Shown piece after piece: positions 52,374-60,695 of a DNA stretch of 64,000 nt. This stretch comes from an uncultured Thermoleophilia bacterium (GTDB lineage: Bacteria; Actinomycetota; Thermoleophilia; UBA2241). The position numbers were made by a program, and so were the translations under genes. The stretch is from positions 480,001-544,000 of the forward strand of contig CAVPCT010000003.1 in NCBI GenBank assembly GCA_963702475.1, written 5' to 3'. Below the pieces are notes generated by a model. It had not been told where the DNA came from, did no database searches, and saw only the letters and a program-made list of their open reading frames with translations. Within the stretch, counting starts at the first letter, position 1; each line of letters starts with the position of its first letter.

Positions 52374-53203
52374 ACGCCTGCGAACGGGCGGCGCGCGAGG
52401 TGGCGGCGCGGGCCCTGGCCGAGGACCTCGCCGGGTACGGCGACCTGACGGGCTCGGTGTTCCCGGGTCCAGGCGTTGCGCGCGTCGTGGCGCGTGAGGA
52501 GGGTGTGCTCTCCGGCCTCGTGGCGCTCGCCGCCACGGCCGAGCTCATGGACCCCGTCCTCGGACTGGATGCGTTCGTGGCCGACGGCGAGCGCTTCGCC
52601 GCCGGCGCGGCCCTCGTCGAGCTTCGCGGCCCGTTCGCGAGCATCCTCGCCGCGGAGCGCACCGGCCTGAACTTCCTCTGCCGCCTCTCGGGTGTGGCGA
52701 CGCTCACGGCGCGGTACGTCGCCGAGACGAGCGGCACGAAGGCGCGCATCGCGGCCACGCGCAAGACGACGCCGGGCCTGCGCGCCCTCGAGAAACAGGC
52801 CGTGGTACATGGCGGCGGCACGCCGCACCGCTTCGGCCTGTTCGACGGTGCCATGATCAAGGACAACCATGTCGCCGCGGCCGGGGGCGTCGCCGCGGCC
52901 GTCGCGGCCGTCCGCGCCGCCTCTGCGCACGTCCACAGCCTCGAGGTGGAGGTCGACACACTCGCCCAGCTCGAGGAAGCGCTCGGCGTCGACGTCTCTA
53001 TCGTCCTGCTCGACAACATGGACACACCCACGGTGCGAAAGGCCGTTGCGCTGGTCGCGGGGCGCGCCCTTGTCGAGGTCTCCGGCGGCGTGCGCCTCGA
53101 GCGCGTACGCGAGCTCGCCGAGGCGGGGGTGGACATCATCTCGGTGGGCGCCCTCACCACCAAGGCCCCGTGGCTCGACCTGGGCCTCGACGTGGAGGTG
53201 TGA
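52370..53203 (+). CDS. nadC: Nicotinate-nucleotide diphosphorylase
   Basis: AERTGLN, TRKTTPG, HRFGL, IKDNH, EVEV, LLDNM. Confidence 0.96.
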   Translation: MNACERAAREVAARALAEDLAGYGDLTGSVFPGPGVARVVAREEGVLSGLVALAATAELMDPVLGLDAFVADGERFAAGAALVELRGPFASILAAERTGLNFLCRLSGVATLTARYVAETSGTKARIAATRKTTPGLRALEKQAVVHGGGTPHRFGLFDGAMIKDNHVAAAGGVAAAVAAVRAASAHVHSLEVEVDTLAQLEEALGVDVSIVLLDNMDTPTVRKAVALVAGRALVEVSGGVRLERVRELAEAGVDIISVGALTTKAPWLDLGLDVEV

Positions 53204-53204
53204 C

Positions 53205-53978
53205 GTGCTGCTCGCCGTCGACGTCGGCAACACCCAGACGCACATCGGGGTCTCCGAAGCGGGGGAGATCATCAGCGAGTGGCGTCTGGCCACGGTGCGC
53301 CACCGCACCAGCGACGAGATCGCCGGCCTGCTGCAGGGGTTCTTCTCGCTCCAGGGCCTGCGGCTCAAGGAGGCGATCGACGAGGTCGGCATCGCCTCGG
53401 TGGTACCGCGGCTCACGCAGCAGTGGGAGGAGATGTGCGAGAAGCACCTGGGAGTGCGGGCGTTCGTCGTGGGCCCCGGGGGGCGCACCGGCATGCGCAT
53501 CATCATGAAGAACCCGGCCGAGGTGGGCGCCGACCGCATCGTCAACGCGGTCGCGGCCTTCGAGAGGTACGGGGGGCCGTGCATCGTGGCCGACTACGGC
53601 ACGGCCACCACGTTCGACGTGGTCTCCGCGGAGGGTGACTACATCGGCGGCGTCATCGCCCCCGGCATCGAGGTGTCGCTCGAGGCTCTCACTTCGCGTG
53701 CCGCCAAGCTGATCAAGGTCGAGGTCGCCGAGCCCGAGCACGCCATCGGCAAGTCCACTATCGAGGCCCTGCAGTCGGGCGCTGTGTACGGCTTCGCCGG
53801 CGAGATCGAGGGCATCGTGCACGCGGTGTGGCGCGAGCTCGGGCAGGAGGTGCCGGTGATCGCCACCGGCGGTCTCGCCGCGCTCATCGCCCGTCACACC
53901 GACGTCATCTCGTTCGTCGACCCATACCTCACGCTCCGCGGCATCGAGCTGGTGATGCGGCGCCAGCAGCGCGACTGA
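53205..53978 (+). CDS. coaX: Type III pantothenate kinase
   Basis: LLAVDVGNT, VGADR, DYGTATTFD, IATGG. Confidence 0.96.
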   Translation: MLLAVDVGNTQTHIGVSEAGEIISEWRLATVRHRTSDEIAGLLQGFFSLQGLRLKEAIDEVGIASVVPRLTQQWEEMCEKHLGVRAFVVGPGGRTGMRIIMKNPAEVGADRIVNAVAAFERYGGPCIVADYGTATTFDVVSAEGDYIGGVIAPGIEVSLEALTSRAAKLIKVEVAEPEHAIGKSTIEALQSGAVYGFAGEIEGIVHAVWRELGQEVPVIATGGLAALIARHTDVISFVDPYLTLRGIELVMRRQQRD

Positions 53979-53991
53979 CGCGCGACGCGCC

Positions 53992-55137
53992 GTGAATACC
54001 CCCCGAAGCAGAGGTATCGAGGGGGGCGTCGAAGGCGAGCCCCTCTGCGGCAGGCGCGTGACGGACCAGCCGCCGTCCGGCGGCGAGGCCCGGCCGCACG
54101 ACGAGGCAGGGGGGGCGCCCCGGCCTCCCGGCGGTGGCCAGGGGGCCGTCCCGGCGAAAGGGGACAGCCGGCTGTCGGCGCCCCTGCGCATCGGCCCGCT
54201 CGCGGTCGGCTCGCGCCTGTTCATGGCGCCCATGGCCGGCATCACCACGCCGCCGTTTCGCGCCTCGGTGCGCCGCTGGGGAGCCGGCCTCGTGTTCACG
54301 GAGATGATCTCCGCGTGCGGCGTGCACTACCGCAACCGCCGCACGCTGGACTACCTTGCATGTCGTGAGGACGAGCACCCGATCGGTTACCAGCTGTTCG
54401 GGGCCGAGCCGGAGGTGCTCGCGGACGCCGCCGCAGCGGCCATCGAGGCCGGTGCCGATCTCGTGGACATCAACATGGCGTGCCCGGTGCGCAAGGTCGT
54501 CAAGACCGGTGCGGGCGCGGCGCTGCTGGCCGAGCCGGACCGCGCCTCAGCGATCGTCGCGGCTGTGGTGCGCGCCGCCGGCCCGCGCGTACCGGTCACC
54601 GTCAAGATGCGCTCCGGGCTGCGCGACGGCGACGAGGCGTGGCGCAGGGTGGCGCCGCTCCTCATCGAGGCCGGCGCCGCCGCGCTGTGCATCCACCCGC
54701 GGACGGCCGGGCAGCTGTACCGGGGGCACGCCGATCACGATGTGACGAGGGCGCTCGCGGCCGAGGCACCCGTTCCCGTGATCGCCTCCGGCGACGTGGA
54801 CGGCCGCGCCGCGGCTCTCGCCCTGCTCGACGCCGGCGCCGCGGCGGTGATGCTCGCGCGCGGCGCTCTCGGCCGGCCGTGGCTCTTCCGCGAGGTGCTG
54901 GACGGCGCGCCGCCCCCGCCGCAGGCGGCGCGCCTGGCCGAGCTGCGCGCCTTCGTGGCCGACGTGCTGGCCGACATGGGTCCGCGCGCCGTCGGCCACC
55001 TGCGCCAGTTCTGGCCGCGGTTCCGGCGCAGCGGGACGATCGACAAGCCGCTCTCGCTGGCGCTCATGCACGCGGCCGCGGAGGCCGAGCTCCGCGACCT
55101 CCTCGGCCTTCACGGATCGCCGGCGCCCGGCCGGTGA
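53992..55137 (+). CDS. dusB: tRNA-dihydrouridine synthase
   Basis: APMAGIT, QLFG, DINMACP, VTVKMR, HPRT; true start may be downstream. Confidence 0.9.
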   Translation: MNTPRSRGIEGGVEGEPLCGRRVTDQPPSGGEARPHDEAGGAPRPPGGGQGAVPAKGDSRLSAPLRIGPLAVGSRLFMAPMAGITTPPFRASVRRWGAGLVFTEMISACGVHYRNRRTLDYLACREDEHPIGYQLFGAEPEVLADAAAAAIEAGADLVDINMACPVRKVVKTGAGAALLAEPDRASAIVAAVVRAAGPRVPVTVKMRSGLRDGDEAWRRVAPLLIEAGAAALCIHPRTAGQLYRGHADHDVTRALAAEAPVPVIASGDVDGRAAALALLDAGAAAVMLARGALGRPWLFREVLDGAPPPPQAARLAELRAFVADVLADMGPRAVGHLRQFWPRFRRSGTIDKPLSLALMHAAAEAELRDLLGLHGSPAPGR

Positions 55138-55200
55138 CGGCAGGGTGCCGGCCGCCGCCGGGCTCTTTCCGGCGACCTCGCCGGGTCCTCCGCGACCCGT

Positions 55201-55229
55201 TTGCGCGCGCCCCCCCGATGGCCTATACT
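55201..55229 (+). promoter_or_regulatory. Sigma70-type promoter of greA-lysS
   Basis: TTGCGC-17 nt-TATACT. Confidence 0.65.
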
Positions 55230-55294
55230 TTCCGACCGTTCGGCGCGCGGTCGCTCTCTGGCGGCCGCGCCGTCGTGTTGAAGAGGAGGAACCA

Positions 55295-55774
55295 GTGGTC
55301 GACCGCGAGATCATCCTCACCCCCGAGGGCTTCCAGCGCCTCAAGGAGGAGATCGAGTACCTGTCGAGCGTCAAGCGCGACGAGGTCGCCGAGCGCATCC
55401 GGGCATCTCGCGACTTCGGCGACATCTCGGAGAACTCGGAGTACGACGACGCCAAGAACGAACAGGCCATGCTCGAGGCGCGCATCTACGCGCTCGAGGA
55501 GCGACTGCGCAGCGCCATCGTCATCGATTCCGACGCCATCAGCACCGATACCGTGGGCGTGGGCACCAAGGTCACCCTGCAGGACATGAAGGCCGGAGAC
55601 GTTGTCCAGTACAGCATCGTGGGCTCCGCCGAAGCCGACCCGTCGGCGCACAAGCTGTCCAACGAGTCGCCCGTGGGCAGGGCGATCATCGGACACAAGC
55701 CCGGCGACAAGGTCACGGTGAGCGTCCCCCAGGGCTCCAAGAAGTTCAAGGTCCTGGCCATCGAGAAGGCCTGA
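55295..55774 (+). CDS. greA: Transcription elongation factor GreA
   Basis: LTPEG, GDISENSEYD, SNESPVG; SD GAGGAGG. Confidence 0.97.
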   Translation: MVDREIILTPEGFQRLKEEIEYLSSVKRDEVAERIRASRDFGDISENSEYDDAKNEQAMLEARIYALEERLRSAIVIDSDAISTDTVGVGTKVTLQDMKAGDVVQYSIVGSAEADPSAHKLSNESPVGRAIIGHKPGDKVTVSVPQGSKKFKVLAIEKA

Positions 55775-55784
55775 TCCCGGCGCC

Positions 55785-57269
55785 GTGGAGGAGCGTAGCG
55801 ACCACGGCGACGTCTTCGCCGAGCGTCGCGCCAAGCTCGCGGCGTGGCGCGAGACCGGCGCCGCGTATCCCACCCGGTACCAGCCTCGCGACGAGATAGG
55901 GCCGTTGCACGATGCGTACGCGTCGCTGGAGGCGGGCCAGGATTCGCCCGACGTGCACCGCATCGCCGGCCGTGTCATGGCCCGCCGCGTGCACGGCAAG
56001 CTCACCTTCGTCGTCCTCAAGGACCTGAGCGGCGAGCTGCAGCTCTTCTGCCAGCTCGACGCCTTGGGCGAGGAGAGCTACGCGGCGCTCGAGGGCCTCG
56101 ATCTCGGCGACTTCGTCGGCGCCGAGGGCGCCGTGATGCGCACCCGTCGCGGTGAACTGAGCCTGCGTGTCACCTCCTGGGAGCTGCTCAGCAAATCGCT
56201 GCGCCCGCTGCCGGAGAAGTACCACGGCCTCACCGACGTCGAGACGCGCTATCGCAAGCGCTATCTGGACCTGGCGGCCAACGACGACTCGCGCGAGGTG
56301 TTCATCAAGCGCGCGAAGATCATCGCCACCGTCCGCCGCTTCCTCGATGCGCGCGGGTTCATCGAGGTGGAGACGCCGGTGCTGCAGCCGCTCTACGGCG
56401 GCGCCCTGGCCAAGCCGTTCATCACGCACCACAACGAGCTTGAGCGCGACCTCTACCTGCGCATCGCCGTCGAGTTGTATCTCAAGCGCTGCATCATCGG
56501 CGGCATCGACCGCGTCTACGAGATCGGCAAGGACTTCCGCAACGAGGGCGTGAGCTACAAGCACAACCCCGAGTTCACCATGCTCGAGACGTACGAGGCC
56601 TACGTGGACTACAACCACGTCATGACCATGGTGGAGGAGATGGTCGCCGAGGCGGCTCGCGCCGTCGGCGGCCTCCAGGTGCACTTCCGCGGCCACGACA
56701 TCGACCTCACACCGCCGTGGCCGCGCCTCACCATGCGCAAGGCCATCGAGCAGGAGACCGGCATCGACATCGGCGCCGACGACGCACGCACGGTGGCCGA
56801 CCTGCAGGCGCGCATGCGCGACAAGGGGCTCGACGGGGCTGTTCAACCGGCGCCGACCTGGGGCACCCAGGTCGACGAGCTGTTCAGCGAGTGCGTCGAG
56901 CCCAAGCTCATCCAGCCGGTGTTCATCACCGAGCACCCGCTGGAGACCAGCCCCTTCGCCAAGAAGACGCCACACGACCCGCGCTTCGTGGAGCGCTTCG
57001 AGGGCTTCATCGCCGGCATGGAGACCAGCAACGCCTTCAGCGAGCTCAACGACCCCGACGACCAGCGCGAGCGCTTCGTGCAGCAGATGGCCGACCTGGC
57101 CGACGGCGACGAGACGGCGCACCGGCTGGACGAGGACTTCCTCGAGGCCATGGAGCACGGCATGCCGCCCACCGGCGGACTCGGCATGGGCATCGATCGC
57201 ATCGTGATGATCCTCACCGGGGCGCCGAGCATCCGCGACGTCATCCTGTTTCCGGCGCTGCGCAGCTAG
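55785..57269 (+). CDS. lysS: Lysyl-tRNA synthetase (class II)
   Basis: LRPLPEKYHG, RYRKRYLDL, FRNEG, HNPEFT, GMPPTGGLGMGIDR. Confidence 0.98.
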   Translation: MEERSDHGDVFAERRAKLAAWRETGAAYPTRYQPRDEIGPLHDAYASLEAGQDSPDVHRIAGRVMARRVHGKLTFVVLKDLSGELQLFCQLDALGEESYAALEGLDLGDFVGAEGAVMRTRRGELSLRVTSWELLSKSLRPLPEKYHGLTDVETRYRKRYLDLAANDDSREVFIKRAKIIATVRRFLDARGFIEVETPVLQPLYGGALAKPFITHHNELERDLYLRIAVELYLKRCIIGGIDRVYEIGKDFRNEGVSYKHNPEFTMLETYEAYVDYNHVMTMVEEMVAEAARAVGGLQVHFRGHDIDLTPPWPRLTMRKAIEQETGIDIGADDARTVADLQARMRDKGLDGAVQPAPTWGTQVDELFSECVEPKLIQPVFITEHPLETSPFAKKTPHDPRFVERFEGFIAGMETSNAFSELNDPDDQRERFVQQMADLADGDETAHRLDEDFLEAMEHGMPPTGGLGMGIDRIVMILTGAPSIRDVILFPALRS

Positions 57270-57455
57270 CGCGGCAGACTCAGCGTGAGCTTTGCTCGCT
57301 GCCTGCCAACGAACACGGCACGCCAGTGACACCCTGCGGCCGCACGCACCTGGTGCCGTCCCTCGTGCATGATGGGCTTCGTTTCTGCGAGTACCGGCTC
57401 CTCCCGGATCAGGACGTTGACTTCGCCCGCAGTGTCCAGCGGAGGCATGTAGTAG

Positions 57456-57779
57456 ATGGCTAAGGAACTCAGTGAGCTACGCGACGAGTTGTGCCGCAGT
57501 ACGACGGACTTCTGTCACGTGTGCTTTGAAGGCTCCGTCCACCGCCGCGAGCAGAATCCGCCCAATGTGTTCCGCGGTGCAGGGCGCCGAGATCCTGACC
57601 TGTTCTTCGTCTTCGAAAAGCCGAACGACAACGACGCCTTTCGGGCCAGCGATGCCATTCCAGTCTCGGTCTTCGATCCCCGACCACTACTCGGCGTCCG
57701 CCAGCCTAGCTACGAGAACCTCCTTCGCCTTCTCGAGCTCGTCGGCTTGGCGGCCCCTACGCCGGCGCCGCCTGCCTGA
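57456..57779 (+). pseudogene. Hypothetical ORF resembling the N-terminal part of a UDG-superfamily protein, probably truncated
   Basis: CHVC...GAGRRDPDLFFVFEKP resembles the UDG pattern CxxC...GxG...LMFVGEAP; 107 aa only; SD GGAGG; atypical codon usage. Confidence 0.4.
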
Positions 57780-57861
57780 CGATTCTCCTGAGGGCGAACG
57801 CGCCGCTGGTGATGCCAGGAACGTTCGGCTCATGCTGGAAGGTGGGCACAATCGACGGGGT

Positions 57862-57882
57862 GATGTACACTGACGATGTACA
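57862..57882. promoter_or_regulatory. Putative vapBC operator/-10 region
   Basis: Direct repeat gaTGTACA x2 (palindromic core) overlapping TACACT. Confidence 0.55.
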
Positions 57883-57899
57883 TTCGGCGGAGGTGCAGC

Positions 57900-58154
57900 A
57901 TGCAGCGAACCCAGATCTACCTCACGGATCGCGAACAGACGGCGGTCAAGTCGATCGCGCGGCGCTTGGGCAAGACCCAGAGCGAGGTGATCCGCACCGC
58001 GGTGGACCGATTCATCGATCGCGAGACCTCCTCAAGTCAGCTCGACCTGCTTCGCAGCGCAAGGGGACTGTGGAAGGATCGCCAGGACCTGCCCGACGCG
58101 GATGTCCTGCGGCGCGAATGGGACCGGCCGGACGTCGGAGCTGACGACTCGTGA
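57900..58154 (+). CDS. vapB: CopG/RHH antitoxin (VapB)
   Basis: MQRTQIYLT...SEVIR.AVD, GLWKDRQDLPD; GTGA overlap with the PIN gene. Confidence 0.88.
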   Translation: MQRTQIYLTDREQTAVKSIARRLGKTQSEVIRTAVDRFIDRETSSSQLDLLRSARGLWKDRQDLPDADVLRREWDRPDVGADDS

Positions 58155-58540
58155 CGGCGAACCGCTTCCTCCTTGATACCGATGTGATCATCGAGTACCT
58201 GCGCGGCCGCGATGAGGCGATCCGGTATCTCGAGTCTCTCGAAGGCAGGTTGTACGTCTCGGCCATCACTGCGGCGGAGCTCTACTCGGGCGCGAGGGGC
58301 AAGGATGAGGAGTCGGCGCTCGAGCAGTTCCTGGACGCATTCGAGGTCATCCCTGTCGATCGGGCGCTCGCTCGCCTCGGGGGCCTGTGCAGGCAGCGCT
58401 ACCGGCCGGCTCACGGCACCGGACTCGCGGATGCGATCGTGGCGATGTCGGCCGAGTCCGAACATGCGGCGCTGGTGACATTCAACGGACGGCACTATCC
58501 CATGGTCAAGGGCGTCATCGTGCCGTATGTCCGCAGCTGA
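58151..58540 (+). CDS. vapC: PIN-domain toxin (VapC)
   Basis: LLDTDVIIEYLRG, SAITAAEL, LADAIVA, LVTFN..HYP. Confidence 0.92.
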   Translation: MTANRFLLDTDVIIEYLRGRDEAIRYLESLEGRLYVSAITAAELYSGARGKDEESALEQFLDAFEVIPVDRALARLGGLCRQRYRPAHGTGLADAIVAMSAESEHAALVTFNGRHYPMVKGVIVPYVRS

Positions 58541-58648
58541 GCAGTGTCGGGCAATGAGATCGAGCCGAAAACGCTACGGGCCGCCTCGCGAGCATGGCGG
58601 GAGACGTCGGGTCTGCCTTCCATACCCGCCGGCACGTGGAGGTCGAAC

Positions 58649-58720
58649 GTGGGCTTCGAGCTCGACGAGGGCAAGAGCCTTGCCAACAAGGCCATAGCCA
58701 GGCACGGCATCGACTGTTGA
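58649..58720 (+). pseudogene. 5' remnant of a BrnT-family toxin gene
   Basis: SD GGAGG then VGFELDEGKSLANKAIARHGIDC*, matching the BrnT N-terminus pattern FExDxxKSxxNxxKHGIDF. Confidence 0.6.
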
Positions 58721-58947
58721 GCGCCTGGCAATGGCAAGCTGAGCCAGATCGGAGTCCTCACCAGACGCGCGGCTTCTTCGGTCGATTGGCAGGGTGAGTC
58801 GTTCTCCGACACTCCACTGTGCGGCGCCTCACCGCCTCGCGCCTCAGGCGTCCCAGCTCCTCCTGGCCCTGGGGCGTCACGCTCGCTCGGTAGCGGTGGC
58901 GTTGGACAGAACCATGGACCCGGCTGGTCGTCACCCGGTATTCACGC

Positions 58948-58976
58948 TTGACGTTACTAACGCGTAACATTACTAT
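58948..58976 (+). promoter_or_regulatory. higBA promoter with palindromic operator; leaderless start
   Basis: TTGACG-17 nt-TACTAT; GTTAC-taacgc-GTAAC in the spacer; ATG 6 nt downstream. Confidence 0.8.
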
Positions 58977-58982
58977 CCAGGC

Positions 58983-59261
58983 ATGATTGTCTCGTTCAAG
59001 GACGGCGACACCGAGCAGCTGGCATCGGGGCGGCGCGTGGTGAGGTTCGTGAACATCGAGGCGGTCGCCCGGCGCAAGCTGCGGCAGCTCGAGATCGCCG
59101 GACGGCTCGAAGACCTGCGCGTGCCCCCAGGTAACCGGCTCGAGGCGTTGCGGGGCGACCGCACCGGCCTGCACAGCATCCGCGTCAACGACCAGTTCCG
59201 TGTCTGCTTCCGCTGGACGGCCGGCGGCGCCGAGGACGTGGAGATCGTGGACTACCACTAG
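58983..59261 (+). CDS. higB: HigB (RelE/ParE-family) toxin
   Basis: MIVSFKD, ARRKL, PPGNRLEAL.GDR.G.HSIRVNDQFRVCFRW, VEIVDYH. Confidence 0.95.
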   Translation: MIVSFKDGDTEQLASGRRVVRFVNIEAVARRKLRQLEIAGRLEDLRVPPGNRLEALRGDRTGLHSIRVNDQFRVCFRWTAGGAEDVEIVDYH

Positions 59262-59270
59262 GAGCGACGG

Positions 59271-59573
59271 ATGGACGAGAAGCTCAAGCCCGTGAGCCCC
59301 GGCGAGCTGCTGCTCGAGGAGTTCCTCCTGCCCATGGGTATCACCAAATACCGTCTGGCCAAGGAGATCAGCGTGCCCGCGCAGCGCATCGGCGAGATCG
59401 TTGCGGGCCGGCGCGCCATCACCGCCGACACCGACCTGCGGCTGTGCCGCTTCTTCGGTCTCTCCAACGGCTATTGGCTGCGCGCCCAGGCGGCGCACGA
59501 CACCGAGGTCGCCGAAGTGGCGCTGGCCGACCAGCTGGCGCGGATCAAGCCGTGGAGGGAGTCGGCGGCCTGA
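59271..59573 (+). CDS. higA: HigA antitoxin (HTH)
   Basis: PVSPGELLLEEFL.PMG, RRAITADTDLRL, YWLRAQ. Confidence 0.95.
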   Translation: MDEKLKPVSPGELLLEEFLLPMGITKYRLAKEISVPAQRIGEIVAGRRAITADTDLRLCRFFGLSNGYWLRAQAAHDTEVAEVALADQLARIKPWRESAA

Positions 59574-59586
59574 GGGTGGCGGGTCA

Positions 59587-59649
59587 GTCCAACAAGCGGA
59601 TCAAGCCGATGGCGCCAGCGCTGTTCAAGCGCAAGGGTTCGACCACGGC
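59587..59649 (+). mobile_element. Partial attC-like recombination site (left half preserved)
   Basis: GTCCAAC-aagcg-gatcaagccgatggcgc 13 nt after the higA stop; complementary GTTGGAC at 58901-58907 upstream of higB; right arm not recognisable. Confidence 0.5.
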
Positions 59650-59704
59650 CACGGTCACTGCCTTCGGATAGACCGGGCTCGAACGCGGACTGAGGGGATG
59701 GGGA

Positions 59705-60622
59705 ATGGCTGTTCCTGGCTTCGAGTCGCTCATGCTGCCCGTTCTGGCGTTTCTCGGCGACGGGAAGATCCGGCGACCCGCGGAGATCTACGACCCCGTC
59801 GCCGCCAGGCTCGGAATCAGCGCAGAAGACCAGAGCGCCATGCTGCCCAGTGGTGCGATGAGCCGCTACCGGAATCGCATCCTGTGGGCGCTCCATCACA
59901 TGAAGCGCGCGGGTGTGGTCGCCTCTCCCAGCCGCGGCCGGTACGTGATCGCAGACCAGGGCAGGGCGCTGCTCGAGCAGGCTCCGTCCGCCGTCACCAT
60001 GAAGACGCTCGAGCAGTATGCGGAGTACCAGGAGTTCAAGGAGCGCGGGCGTCACAAGCCCACACCATCCGAGGTGACCGCCGACGATGTCGAGACGAGC
60101 ACGCCCGAAGAGCGGCTGCAGGCCGCATACGAGGAGATGCAGGATCACGTCGCGGCTGAGGTCCTCGAACGTCTTCGGGGGGTCGATCCGCTTCGCTTCG
60201 AGGGGATTGTCCTCGAAGTGCTGACGGCGATGGGCTACGGGGGCTCTGACCCTGAACGCGCGACGCTCACCGCCTACAGCCATGACGGTGGGCTGGACGG
60301 CGTCATCAACGAAGACCCGCTCGGTCTCGACCAGGTCGTCGTGCAGGCGAAGCGGCATAACTCCGCGGTCGACGTGAAGCTCATCCGGGAGTTTGCTGGC
60401 TCACTCGACGAGCACGGAACCGACAAGGGGGTGTTCTTCGCGACGGACAAGTTCACAGGACCGGCGCTCGACTACGTGAAGTCCATCAAGAAACGCATCA
60501 TCCTCATCGACGGCGCAGAGCTGGCGCGACTGATGGTCGTTCACGGGGTTGGCGTTGTTGTGGCCCAAGAACTCAAGATCGTCCGAGTCGACGGCGACTT
60601 CTTCGAGGATTCGGGTATCTAG
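59705..60622 (+). CDS. mrr: Mrr-type (type IV) restriction endonuclease
   Basis: Mrr_N (LMLPVL..LGDG, LPSG, NRI.WA) plus catalytic DGGLDG...QAKR, KGVFFAT, IILIDG. Confidence 0.93.
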   Translation: MAVPGFESLMLPVLAFLGDGKIRRPAEIYDPVAARLGISAEDQSAMLPSGAMSRYRNRILWALHHMKRAGVVASPSRGRYVIADQGRALLEQAPSAVTMKTLEQYAEYQEFKERGRHKPTPSEVTADDVETSTPEERLQAAYEEMQDHVAAEVLERLRGVDPLRFEGIVLEVLTAMGYGGSDPERATLTAYSHDGGLDGVINEDPLGLDQVVVQAKRHNSAVDVKLIREFAGSLDEHGTDKGVFFATDKFTGPALDYVKSIKKRIILIDGAELARLMVVHGVGVVVAQELKIVRVDGDFFEDSGI

Positions 60623-60695
60623 GCTCGCTCGCGCACGAGTGGGATGGGGCTGTCAGGCACCTGGATGCGACCGAGGCTCCTCGCGACCTCGTGCC

